From Marinicella sp. (GTDB lineage Bacteria > Pseudomonadota > Gammaproteobacteria > Xanthomonadales > Marinicellaceae): a DNA stretch of 64,000 bases. Positions 36,991 to 45,264 of the stretch are shown here, piece after piece (within the stretch, counting starts at the first letter, position 1; each line of letters opens with the position of its first letter). Under the pieces are notes generated by a model. It saw only the letters and a program-made list of their open reading frames with translations. It ran no database searches and had not been told where the DNA came from. The translations under genes were made by a program, and so were the position numbers. The stretch spans positions 12,886-76,885 of the forward strand of contig JANQRW010000074.1 in NCBI GenBank assembly GCA_028284365.1, read 5' to 3'.

Positions 36991-39285
36991 ATGGAAAATA
37001 ATAAATTCAAAATAGCCGCACTGGCCATTATGACTACAATCACTGCCGGGGCACAAAATCAGGGAACTGTCTCTGGAACTGAGGATCAGATCAATTTTGC
37101 CTACGCCGGTGACGATACCCGTTTAGGTATAGGTGTTGACAATGACGGTGAAATCATCGGTGAATTCCTTAAGTCCTTCAACACCAGCTGGCACAGCAAT
37201 TGGATGGGTGAGATCTGGGTTTCAGACGGTGCTGGCGGCTTAAAGTTAGACTATCATCGCATTGCTGGTGCTGATGAAAAAACTGACTTGATTGATAATG
37301 AAGAGAATCTTCGTGTTTGGAAATACTTTGTTGCCGTTGACCAAAACACCTTTGATGATCGTAAATTCACCTTAGGGTTTGGTTCAGAAGTTCGTGATAA
37401 ATTTTGGAATGTTAACTTAAGTTCTGCCATCACTGGTTCTCGACTGACCAACCAAGTTTCATCAACAGTAGTGAATGATATTTTTGGCCAGTTAGATGGT
37501 CGAGATTTTGTGCAAGCTGAAACGGTTGAAACCATCATAAGAAACTATGAACACCCATATGATTGGGGCATAGGTGGGCGAGTGGGCAAATTCTTTGAAA
37601 ACAATTTGGTTCGCCTCACGGGCGGTCTGGATTACGAAGAAGGGGACTTTGACTCAGATCAACTTACCGCCAGTGTTAATTTAGAGAAATACTTTCGTAA
37701 TACTGGTCACAGCCTGGCCTTATCGATTGAACAAATCCGCAAGTCAGGTGATTTTGAAACTGACAAGGACGATACCCGTGCTAACCTGATGTATCGTTAT
37801 GACTTTGGCCAAAATTATAAACCGACCACTGTAGATGAAGAGGTTCAAGTAATCGACGAAGATCGCTTGAAACAGCTGAAACTAGAAAATCGCCAATTGG
37901 TTGAAAATCAAGTTGATTTATCTTCTATGGCATTTTTTGATTTAGATAAAGCACTTATCAGAGACGATGCCGCCACAGAGCTCAAATCATTGGTTGAGAA
38001 AATAAAGGTTACAGAATTAGCCAGTGGTATCAGCATTGTTGGTCACACTTGCAACATTGCCTCAGATGCTTACAACTTGGATTTGTCATCCAGACGTGCA
38101 GCCAGCGCCAAAGACTTCTTTGTTGCCAATGGCGTTGATGCCGACATCATTAAAACCAAAGGCATGGGAGAATCTCAGCCTGCCTATGATAATGATGGTC
38201 CAGATCAACCCAAAAACAGGCGTGTTGAAATTTCTTTCTTGACCATTGAAAAAGACTTTGTTGAAGTCGACATAGCAGAAGAAGACATGCCAATGAAATG
38301 GGTGAAGCGTAAAGTCGATGCACCAGCGGCATGGATCAACCGTGCTTTAAGAAATCCAGCACAACATAAACGCACTGTTGATGTATACAAATATCAAGAA
38401 ACCGAAACCAACACAACTTTAGGTGATGTCATATTTTTGAATGCCAATCCTGAAGCCAATGATGATGCTGTAAGCATTGACCGAAATTCATCTGGGATTG
38501 TCATTGATGTTTTACAAAACGACACCGATGCAGATGAAGGAGATACCCTGACCATAACATCAGTATCTGCTGTAAATAATGGTACTGTAGTTAATAATGG
38601 CACCAGTTTAACTTATACACCAAATACTGGATTTACTGGTCGTGAGTTCTTCGAGTACACCATCTCTGATGGAGAAGGAGGCACAAGTACTGCCAGAGTG
38701 ATTGTTGATGTCAACAACATAGCTCCTATCGCTAATGATGACAATGCAACCGTCGTTGCTGGTGTTGCCACCAATATTAACTATCTAATCAATGACAGTG
38801 ATCCTGATGGAGAAGTGAGTGAACTGACTTTATCCAGTTACACCCCCAATGGTATAACAGGCACATTTACCAACAATGCAGATGGCTCACTTACTGTAGA
38901 AATAACCGAAGGTTTCAGTGGCTCCGGTTCGATTGATTACACCATAGTTGATGCTGACGGCGCTACTGCTTCTGCAACAATTTTTATCACAGTTAATGAT
39001 CCCAATACAGCCCCTGTGGCCGTGGATGACAACTATTTCACTAACATGAATCGCCCCAGAACCATTAACTTGTTAGCCAATGATTCTGATCCTGACGGTG
39101 ATGTTATTACCTTGGACTCGGTAGATACCGCAGGGACTCTAGGTACAGTGGTCGATATCAATGCAGATGGCACCATTACCTATATACCACCAGCTGATTG
39201 GTGTGGTACCGATACATTCACCTACACCATAACTGATGGTACTCAACAATCCTCTGCAACTGTTACCATTGTGGTACTTGATTAA
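36991..39285 (+). CDS. OmpA-domain protein with an N-terminal beta-rich domain and three C-terminal cadherin-like repeats
   Basis: Signal peptide MENNKFKIAALAIMTTITAGA. OmpA_C block VGHTCNIASDAYNLDLSSRRAASAKDFF...GMGESQP......NRRVEISF. Then three roughly 95-aa repeats with (A/V)NDD...N(D)(S/T)D(P/A)DG motifs. GAGGG RBS 5 nt upstream of the ATG. Confidence 0.85.
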   Translation: MENNKFKIAALAIMTTITAGAQNQGTVSGTEDQINFAYAGDDTRLGIGVDNDGEIIGEFLKSFNTSWHSNWMGEIWVSDGAGGLKLDYHRIAGADEKTDLIDNEENLRVWKYFVAVDQNTFDDRKFTLGFGSEVRDKFWNVNLSSAITGSRLTNQVSSTVVNDIFGQLDGRDFVQAETVETIIRNYEHPYDWGIGGRVGKFFENNLVRLTGGLDYEEGDFDSDQLTASVNLEKYFRNTGHSLALSIEQIRKSGDFETDKDDTRANLMYRYDFGQNYKPTTVDEEVQVIDEDRLKQLKLENRQLVENQVDLSSMAFFDLDKALIRDDAATELKSLVEKIKVTELASGISIVGHTCNIASDAYNLDLSSRRAASAKDFFVANGVDADIIKTKGMGESQPAYDNDGPDQPKNRRVEISFLTIEKDFVEVDIAEEDMPMKWVKRKVDAPAAWINRALRNPAQHKRTVDVYKYQETETNTTLGDVIFLNANPEANDDAVSIDRNSSGIVIDVLQNDTDADEGDTLTITSVSAVNNGTVVNNGTSLTYTPNTGFTGREFFEYTISDGEGGTSTARVIVDVNNIAPIANDDNATVVAGVATNINYLINDSDPDGEVSELTLSSYTPNGITGTFTNNADGSLTVEITEGFSGSGSIDYTIVDADGATASATIFITVNDPNTAPVAVDDNYFTNMNRPRTINLLANDSDPDGDVITLDSVDTAGTLGTVVDINADGTITYIPPADWCGTDTFTYTITDGTQQSSATVTIVVLD
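38455..39282 (+). repeat. three tandem cadherin-like/tandem-95-type repeat units (coding)
   Basis: Units begin ANDDAVSIDR.., ANDDNATVVAG.., VDDNYFTNMN... Each contains L.ND(T/S)D.DG..L......... and ends in a ..Y(T)I.D..G...A...I.V motif. Confidence 0.75.
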
Positions 39286-39291
39286 ACACTG

Positions 39292-39552
39292 ATGTTTGAG
39301 CAATTAAAGCAGAAATACGTGGCTTCTTTCGATGAGAAAGTCACTTTTATAAAACAGGCGCTTGAGTCTAATGACACTCAAGCGCTGACTGTTTTGGTAC
39401 ATCAAATGGTTGGATCAAGTGGCAGCTATGGTTTTGATGGTATTTGTAGCTTGTGTGCCGAAATTGAAAGCATGATTCTGGAATCCAATCACATCAATAA
39501 AGAAATATCTCAAAAAACAACAGAGTTGATCACTGCAATGGAAAAAACCTAA
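39292..39552 (+). CDS. stand-alone Hpt (histidine phosphotransfer) domain protein
   Basis: 86 aa. LVHQMVGSSGSYGF fits the H..(K)GS(S/A)G..G phosphohistidine motif. It starts 6 nt after the OmpA-cadherin stop. Confidence 0.7.
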   Translation: MFEQLKQKYVASFDEKVTFIKQALESNDTQALTVLVHQMVGSSGSYGFDGICSLCAEIESMILESNHINKEISQKTTELITAMEKT

Positions 39553-39570
39553 CAGCAATAGCCCCGCATA

Positions 39571-40113
39571 TTATGTGGTTGCAACATCTTCAAAGTCTGC
39601 TTCAGCAGATTTGTCATTGGCTTTCTCAGACCCGCTTCTCTTAGGTAAATAACGCAACCAGATTAACCACACCACCAACGCATCTAAAATGATCAGAGCC
39701 TGCCACAAATACAGATGAAAAAATTCAAACCAGTTTCTGTCCCATTGCAATAAATAAAACAAGGAAATAATACGCACCATATTCAACGATTGAATCGCTA
39801 AAAATCCCCAAAACAAACCTTTAAGCCTATACAACCAAGGTGCTGGAAAAGCCAAAATAGCTGCCAATAGAATAATCATGGCTTCAACACCATTACATCC
39901 CGGGGCAATTTGAATGGCATACCCTGATACAGAATCTCTGATAACATCACCTGATGCAATCACTCCCGTATCAAATACCTGAATCAGCCAAGAACTGATC
40001 GAAGCAATCAGGCCTGTAAATGGCAGAACAATCGCCTGTCTTACCGGTTCATAGATTTCCAGTAGAAACAAACCAACTATAATGGTCAAAAAAAGTACGC
40101 TAAATCGCAACAT
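39571..40113 (-). CDS. exosortase/archaeosortase-family protein, short (XrtH-like) form
   Basis: 180 aa and about five hydrophobic helices. Cys motif IAPGCNGVEAM, Arg motif QSLNMVRIISLF and His motif FFHLYLWQ occur in the order expected for the exosortase Cys/Arg/His signature. Confidence 0.6.
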   Translation of the reverse strand: MLRFSVLFLTIIVGLFLLEIYEPVRQAIVLPFTGLIASISSWLIQVFDTGVIASGDVIRDSVSGYAIQIAPGCNGVEAMIILLAAILAFPAPWLYRLKGLFWGFLAIQSLNMVRIISLFYLLQWDRNWFEFFHLYLWQALIILDALVVWLIWLRYLPKRSGSEKANDKSAEADFEDVATT

Positions 40114-40139
40114 AATCTGTATAGGTATTTAATGCTTGG

Positions 40140-40157
40140 TTGGTAAAATTTTACCAA
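40140..40157. promoter_or_regulatory. 18-bp perfect palindrome upstream of the exosortase-like gene
   Basis: TTGGTAAAATTTTACCAA, 27 nt upstream of the start codon at 40113. Confidence 0.35.
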
Positions 40158-40314
40158 ACGAACAGGTTATCACCTAATGATTAACTCGCCTGATAATGAT
40201 TCACAATCTATTAATCCTTGATTAACGATAATTTAACAAAAATGTTAGTAAAATATTATCCAACGTCAAAGTTCTCCAAATGATTTTGATTATTATCCGG
40301 GCATCTAAATAACT

Positions 40315-40349
40315 CCCAAGGCGTTTTATAAACTCCTTGGGTTTTTTTT
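40315..40349 (+). terminator. strong orphan intrinsic terminator on the plus strand
   Basis: CCCAAGG-c-GTTT-TAT-AAAC-t-CCTTGGG followed by T8. No plus-strand CDS ends nearby. Confidence 0.65.
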
Positions 40350-40495
40350 AGGACGATAATTATCTGCCTGCTTATGGTTCAAAAAAAGACCTTTGCCCGG
40401 TGCTAAACAAGCCTGAAAATGGCTGTTGGGCCACAACCACAGAATTAAATAAAGGCCTCCAAAAACAAAAAACGTTACATAAAATTAGGAATAGT

Positions 40496-41182
40496 ATGAA
40501 AATATTAGTTGTTGAAGATAACACCGACATTGCAGCGAACATCGTCGATTACTTTGAGGACCGTGATCACATTGTAGATTACGCTGGGGATGGCATCACA
40601 GGCTTACACCTTGCAGTAACCAACGACTTCGATGTCATCGTATTAGATTTAATGTTGCCAGGCATGGATGGTTTGGACTTATGTAAAAAATTACGCAAAG
40701 ACGCCAAGAAAAACACCCCAATCATTATGTTAACTGCCCGTGATACTTTGGAACAGAAGCTTGAAGGGTTCGAATTTGGTGCAGATGACTACATGGTTAA
40801 ACCATTCGCCTTGCAGGAGTTGGAGGCGCGAGTTATGGTATTAGGCAGCCGCAAAAAACAAAACCTGAATCACAAACTGACCGTAGCAGATTTAGAGTAT
40901 AATTTGGACAGCTTAACTGTGAAACGTGCCGGCCAAGCCATAAAAATGAATCCAACCGGTTTGAAATTACTCCAAATTCTGATGGAGTCCAGCCCATATG
41001 TAGTACCAAGAGAAGAACTGGAGGTTAAAGTCTGGGGTGAAGAAATGCCGGATTCTGATTCACTACGAGTACATATACATGGGTTGCGCACTGCCATTGA
41101 CAAACCATTTAACAAAAACCTCATCCACACCAGACATGGTATAGGTTATCACGTATCAGACCCGGATGAACTTTCGGAGTAG
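40496..41182 (+). CDS. OmpR/PhoB-family response regulator
   Basis: MKILVVEDN, DLMLPGMDG, a receiver K, and a C-terminal winged-helix (..RVHIHGLRTAIDKPF....IHTRHGIGY). The ATG at 40496 has an AGGA RBS, and the upstream 32 codons of the ORF were discarded. Confidence 0.9.
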   Translation: MKILVVEDNTDIAANIVDYFEDRDHIVDYAGDGITGLHLAVTNDFDVIVLDLMLPGMDGLDLCKKLRKDAKKNTPIIMLTARDTLEQKLEGFEFGADDYMVKPFALQELEARVMVLGSRKKQNLNHKLTVADLEYNLDSLTVKRAGQAIKMNPTGLKLLQILMESSPYVVPREELEVKVWGEEMPDSDSLRVHIHGLRTAIDKPFNKNLIHTRHGIGYHVSDPDELSE

Positions 41183-42458
41183 TATTAAAAGCCGGATTGT
41201 CATTGCATTTCTGGCTTTCAGCACCTTACTAACTATACTCTTCGCCATCAGTTCCTTGAGCATCAGACAGCACCTTCAGAATGAAGGTATTGCACAATCC
41301 ATTCAAGAGAATTTAGACAGTTTCATGTTGAGATATTCACTGGATCCAACAATCATACAAACCGAACAGATGTCAACCAACATTGAAGGGATCATAACCA
41401 AGCCATCTGAATTACATCTTTATTTACCTGCACAATACTCTGACCTAACAGATGGTACTCACATCTTAAACGAAGCTGGAAAAACCTTTTTAGTTGCTGT
41501 AAACAAAAGACATCAACTCAACAATCAACCGGTATGGGGCTTTGTGCGTAATGACATCACCCACATTGAGAACAACCCCCAAACGCTGGTTATGGCTTTT
41601 GCAGCCATGTTTTTGGTATTTTTATTATTGGCATATGTTTTGGCTATTTACGTTTCAACCAAAGCCTTAAAGCCCTTAAGCAAACTGGCTTCTATCTTAG
41701 AAAACCAAGATGCCGATACACATTTAGAACCTTTGGCTCCCTTATTCCATGATGATGAAGTTGGTCAAGTAGCTGCAGCCTTGGATGCCTACGCCCAAAA
41801 GTTAACGGATTATGTGATCAGAGACAAAGAATTCAATGCCGATGTCAGTCATGAATTAAGAACACCGTTGACGGTAATCAAAAGTACTGTAGAATTAATC
41901 AAATCTAATCCCAAAATCACCAACAAAGAGTTAGATCGTATCAATCGCATCGAAAGAGCCACCAAACAATCCACCGAACTTACAGAAACATTGCTCCTGC
42001 TGGCACGCGAAGAACGCAAAGAGCACCCAGGACACGAAAGAACCCAGCCTGGACAGATTATCAGAAACATTATAGAGGGTTTTGAGCCCACGTTAAAACT
42101 CAAGCCTGTCAATACCAAGATCACTGAGAATGATTGGCTCCAAGTCAAAGCACCCGAATCTGTAGTATCTGTCGTACTCAGCAATTTAATTGGCAATGCG
42201 ATTAAGTACACCACAGAAGGCACTGTACACATCATTTTAAATAAAAACAGTATTACTGTTGAAGATGAAGGCATTGGTGTAACTGAGTCAGAACTACCAA
42301 AGCTATTTGACCGTCATTATCGGGCTGGAAAATCAAACAGCAAAGGCTCTGGGTTGGGATTAGCTATCGTCAAACGGCTTTGTGACCTGTATAATTGGGA
42401 CATCAAAATTAAACGTAACAACACCACTGGTTTATCGGCAACACTAACCTTTAATTAA
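41166..42458 (+). CDS. sensor histidine kinase (classical, non-hybrid)
   Basis: Two TM helices, HAMP-like linker, H-box SHELRTPL, N-box LSNLIGNAIKY, G-boxes DEGIG and GSGLGLAIV. Overlaps the regulator gene by 17 nt. Confidence 0.9.
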   Translation: MNFRSSIKSRIVIAFLAFSTLLTILFAISSLSIRQHLQNEGIAQSIQENLDSFMLRYSLDPTIIQTEQMSTNIEGIITKPSELHLYLPAQYSDLTDGTHILNEAGKTFLVAVNKRHQLNNQPVWGFVRNDITHIENNPQTLVMAFAAMFLVFLLLAYVLAIYVSTKALKPLSKLASILENQDADTHLEPLAPLFHDDEVGQVAAALDAYAQKLTDYVIRDKEFNADVSHELRTPLTVIKSTVELIKSNPKITNKELDRINRIERATKQSTELTETLLLLAREERKEHPGHERTQPGQIIRNIIEGFEPTLKLKPVNTKITENDWLQVKAPESVVSVVLSNLIGNAIKYTTEGTVHIILNKNSITVEDEGIGVTESELPKLFDRHYRAGKSNSKGSGLGLAIVKRLCDLYNWDIKIKRNNTTGLSATLTFN

Positions 42459-42563
42459 ACAGCGAGCAACATGAGCCACATGGATTTGAAGCCTGACAAT
42501 TTATGTAAGGGGTTAATGGATTTTCATTGTGAAATTTCTGTTATTCCCGGGTGTTTGGAATAA

Positions 42564-44138
42564 ATGGCTGCATCGCTCTCAAACACTGCAAAAAATATTT
42601 TGAGTGCCTGCAAAAAAGGGCAATTCAATCAAGTTCAAGAGTTGTTTGATCAAGGCCTGGATATTGAAGACATCAATCACCCTGAGTTTTCTCCTCTTAA
42701 CGTCGCTCTGAAACACGGACGTTGGCGAATCGCCAAACATTTATTAGAACAACAGATACTTCCACTCAAATCACATTGTCCACCATTGATTGCAGCGACC
42801 CAGCATAACAAAGACCAGATTCAGGGCTTGGAGCTGGTGTTCAGTCACACCGCAGACTTAGATGTGGTAGATAAAAATGGACGCACTGCTCTCATGACTG
42901 CATGCTTGTTAGGTCATGAAAAAAAGGTCAAATATTTGCTCCATAATGATGACAACCTCAAAGCTCAGGACAAAGCAGGCATGAATGCTTTGTTGGATGC
43001 CATCATCAGTCAGTCACATCCTATCCTTGAACAACTCCTTGCACACAATGTTGACATTAACCATCAAAATCATCAGGGCGACAATGCGCTGTTGATTGCG
43101 ATGCAACAGCCCACACCAAATATTCGCATCATCAAAACCCTGCTAAGCCATGATGTCGATCCAACGCTCAAAAACAATAAAGGCAAGTCAGCCTTTTTGG
43201 TTGCAGAAAAAAAACACCCAACTGTTTTTAAGTTATTCATCAAAAAAATTGAAGCAGACAAACAAATCGAATTGCCGTTATTCGGCGCTACTGATGGAAG
43301 TACCAACCACTCTGCACAAGATGAGACAGAAGAAGTTACTTTGCAGGAAACTATAACAGTCAATAAAATAAGCAGCAAATCAATCGACACCAAAACAGGT
43401 GTGGATAACAAAGGGTGGTTTGAAGCTATAGCTACCGGCAATCTTGGTAAGATAAGCCAATTTTTAAACAAAGGCACACCTGTTGATTTAACTGACCATC
43501 GCGGTTGTACTGGTTTGATTCATGCAGCTGGTAAAGGTCATCGTGCGGTGGCTTCTTATTTGATCCAAAACCAGGCCAACATTGAACACCGCTCTGATAA
43601 TGGCAGCACACCATTATCTAGTGCCATCATCAGTAATTCCAGAAATTTGGTTGGTTTACTATTAAAGCATGGTGCTGATGCCAATACATCAGGACCAGGT
43701 GGTTATCCGTACCTGTCATTGGCTGCCAGCCAGTGGAGCGAAGCTTGTGTCAGCATGTTGCTAGATGCAGGTGGTGATATCGCCACCACCGATGATTCAG
43801 GCATGTCACTGTACCATCATGTTGCCATCGCTGCTGAATACTACGGCAACACCGCAAAGGCAAAGCATACTTTGCGACTTATTCATCAATACGGTTTGGA
43901 TATCAATACGCAAAATGAACAGGGCAATACTGCATTACACCTTATCTGTGGTGCTTCTAAAACCAAAAGATACCAAGTCGATGATGCCCACATTGCCAAC
44001 ATCACCCATGAGTTATTAAAACTGGGCCTCAATCCCAAAATAGTCAATAACAAAGGATTTACCGCGATACAATATGCCAAGAAGCACAGCCTATTGAACA
44101 CAAATGGAGTTATTTTATCGTACATCGATACTTGGTAA
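42564..44138 (+). CDS. ankyrin-repeat protein (two repeat blocks, no signal peptide)
   Basis: 524 aa. Repeated G.T(A/P)L..A...G(H)...V..LL..GAD/N units on both sides of a roughly 70-aa polar linker. Confidence 0.85.
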   Translation: MAASLSNTAKNILSACKKGQFNQVQELFDQGLDIEDINHPEFSPLNVALKHGRWRIAKHLLEQQILPLKSHCPPLIAATQHNKDQIQGLELVFSHTADLDVVDKNGRTALMTACLLGHEKKVKYLLHNDDNLKAQDKAGMNALLDAIISQSHPILEQLLAHNVDINHQNHQGDNALLIAMQQPTPNIRIIKTLLSHDVDPTLKNNKGKSAFLVAEKKHPTVFKLFIKKIEADKQIELPLFGATDGSTNHSAQDETEEVTLQETITVNKISSKSIDTKTGVDNKGWFEAIATGNLGKISQFLNKGTPVDLTDHRGCTGLIHAAGKGHRAVASYLIQNQANIEHRSDNGSTPLSSAIISNSRNLVGLLLKHGADANTSGPGGYPYLSLAASQWSEACVSMLLDAGGDIATTDDSGMSLYHHVAIAAEYYGNTAKAKHTLRLIHQYGLDINTQNEQGNTALHLICGASKTKRYQVDDAHIANITHELLKLGLNPKIVNNKGFTAIQYAKKHSLLNTNGVILSYIDTW

Positions 44139-44692
44139 ATGTTGTGAAAAGAAAAAAACTTGAACAAATCTTTCAACAACATCGTCATTTGATCGAAAAA
44201 GCTGTTTATAGCCAAAACATCCAAATCCTGGGCGTTACTGCTGATGATGTTTATCAGGAAGTTTCTATACGTTTAATAAAAGTTTTAGAAAATGACCGAG
44301 AAATTGAGAACCTTTCGTCTTATTTATACAGAACGGCAGCAAATGTCATCATTGATTTAGCCAGAAAGAACAAAAGGCATTTACAAGATGTTGCTTTGCT
44401 TGATCATGATGATAGCCAAGATGGTTATCAAAATGACTTAATCAGCCATGAAACTGAACCTGAACAGCAGATATTGAGTACAGAAGTGCAACATCAGGTG
44501 TTTGAGGCCATTGAGTCATTACCCGAAAGTCGTCGGGTTGCAGTTAAACTGCGTTTACAGGGTTATTCTGTCAAAGAGATGGCAACAATGACTGGTTGGC
44601 CTTTTTATAAGGCAGAAAATTTATCTAAGCGGGGCATGAGTGCCTTGAAAGATAAATTAAAGCAAATGAATATAGATTACGACATTAGTTGA
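44132..44692 (+). CDS. ECF-like sigma-70 family sigma factor
   Basis: Region 2 (ADDVYQEVSIRLIKV....SYLYRTAANVIIDLARK) and region 4 (LPESRRVAVKLRLQGYSVKEMATMTG). TTG at 44132 overlaps the ankyrin stop. GTG at 44144 is an alternative start. Confidence 0.75.
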   Translation: MVNVVKRKKLEQIFQQHRHLIEKAVYSQNIQILGVTADDVYQEVSIRLIKVLENDREIENLSSYLYRTAANVIIDLARKNKRHLQDVALLDHDDSQDGYQNDLISHETEPEQQILSTEVQHQVFEAIESLPESRRVAVKLRLQGYSVKEMATMTGWPFYKAENLSKRGMSALKDKLKQMNIDYDIS

Positions 44693-44706
44693 ATTGTGAG
44701 ATTGAA

Positions 44707-45240
44707 ATGAAGCAAACAAACATTAAATTATCTGAAGCGCAACTGGCTGATTTGTTTAAAAACCAAAGCAACGTGTATACTTCACAAACTGATGCCAATG
44801 ATTGTTTGGGCGCAACTGCCGCCTCCGCAAACCGACTTAATCACGTTGAGGAAATGGCCAATGATTATGCAGCTGCTCAAGGCATGAAAGCCTCTTTTGC
44901 TTTGCGTGATTGGGCTGAAGTGGTAAGTGAGTCCATTGAAAACTCACGTCGTTCTTGGTTCAGCTTTTTGGGCATGGACACTCCTTTGAAAACAGTAATG
45001 GCTACAGCCTCGTTTGCATTTGTGTTTGCTTTTGCTTTGCCGATAGTAACTCAGTATAGTAATCAAGAACCAATTCACATAGCCATACCACAAACTGACC
45101 AAACCATGGTACATGATGGTGATATCATCAATCGCCTACAGTTCGACAGCGTTCACGGTGACAGCTTGAGTCGTGGTGGTTTTGATGGTAACAATCAAAG
45201 CCATGACAGTGACGGTCTATTTAATGCCAACTTTGGCTGA
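44707..45240 (+). CDS. putative single-pass anti-sigma factor
   Basis: Sits immediately after the sigma gene. One TM helix (TVMATASFAFVFAFALPIV). The ORF track starts at TTG 44689, and the ATG at 44707 is preferred. Function is inferred from position only. Confidence 0.45.
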   Translation: MKQTNIKLSEAQLADLFKNQSNVYTSQTDANDCLGATAASANRLNHVEEMANDYAAAQGMKASFALRDWAEVVSESIENSRRSWFSFLGMDTPLKTVMATASFAFVFAFALPIVTQYSNQEPIHIAIPQTDQTMVHDGDIINRLQFDSVHGDSLSRGGFDGNNQSHDSDGLFNANFG

Positions 45241-45264
45241 TTTACACAAACCAAGCATAACTCA

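Noticed and set aside
36841-37056. 71-aa minus-strand ORF between the anti-sigma and OmpA-cadherin genes
   Set aside because: Its 5' part is antisense to the well-supported OmpA-cadherin start region. Only a 28-codon remainder would be intergenic, and no RBS was seen.
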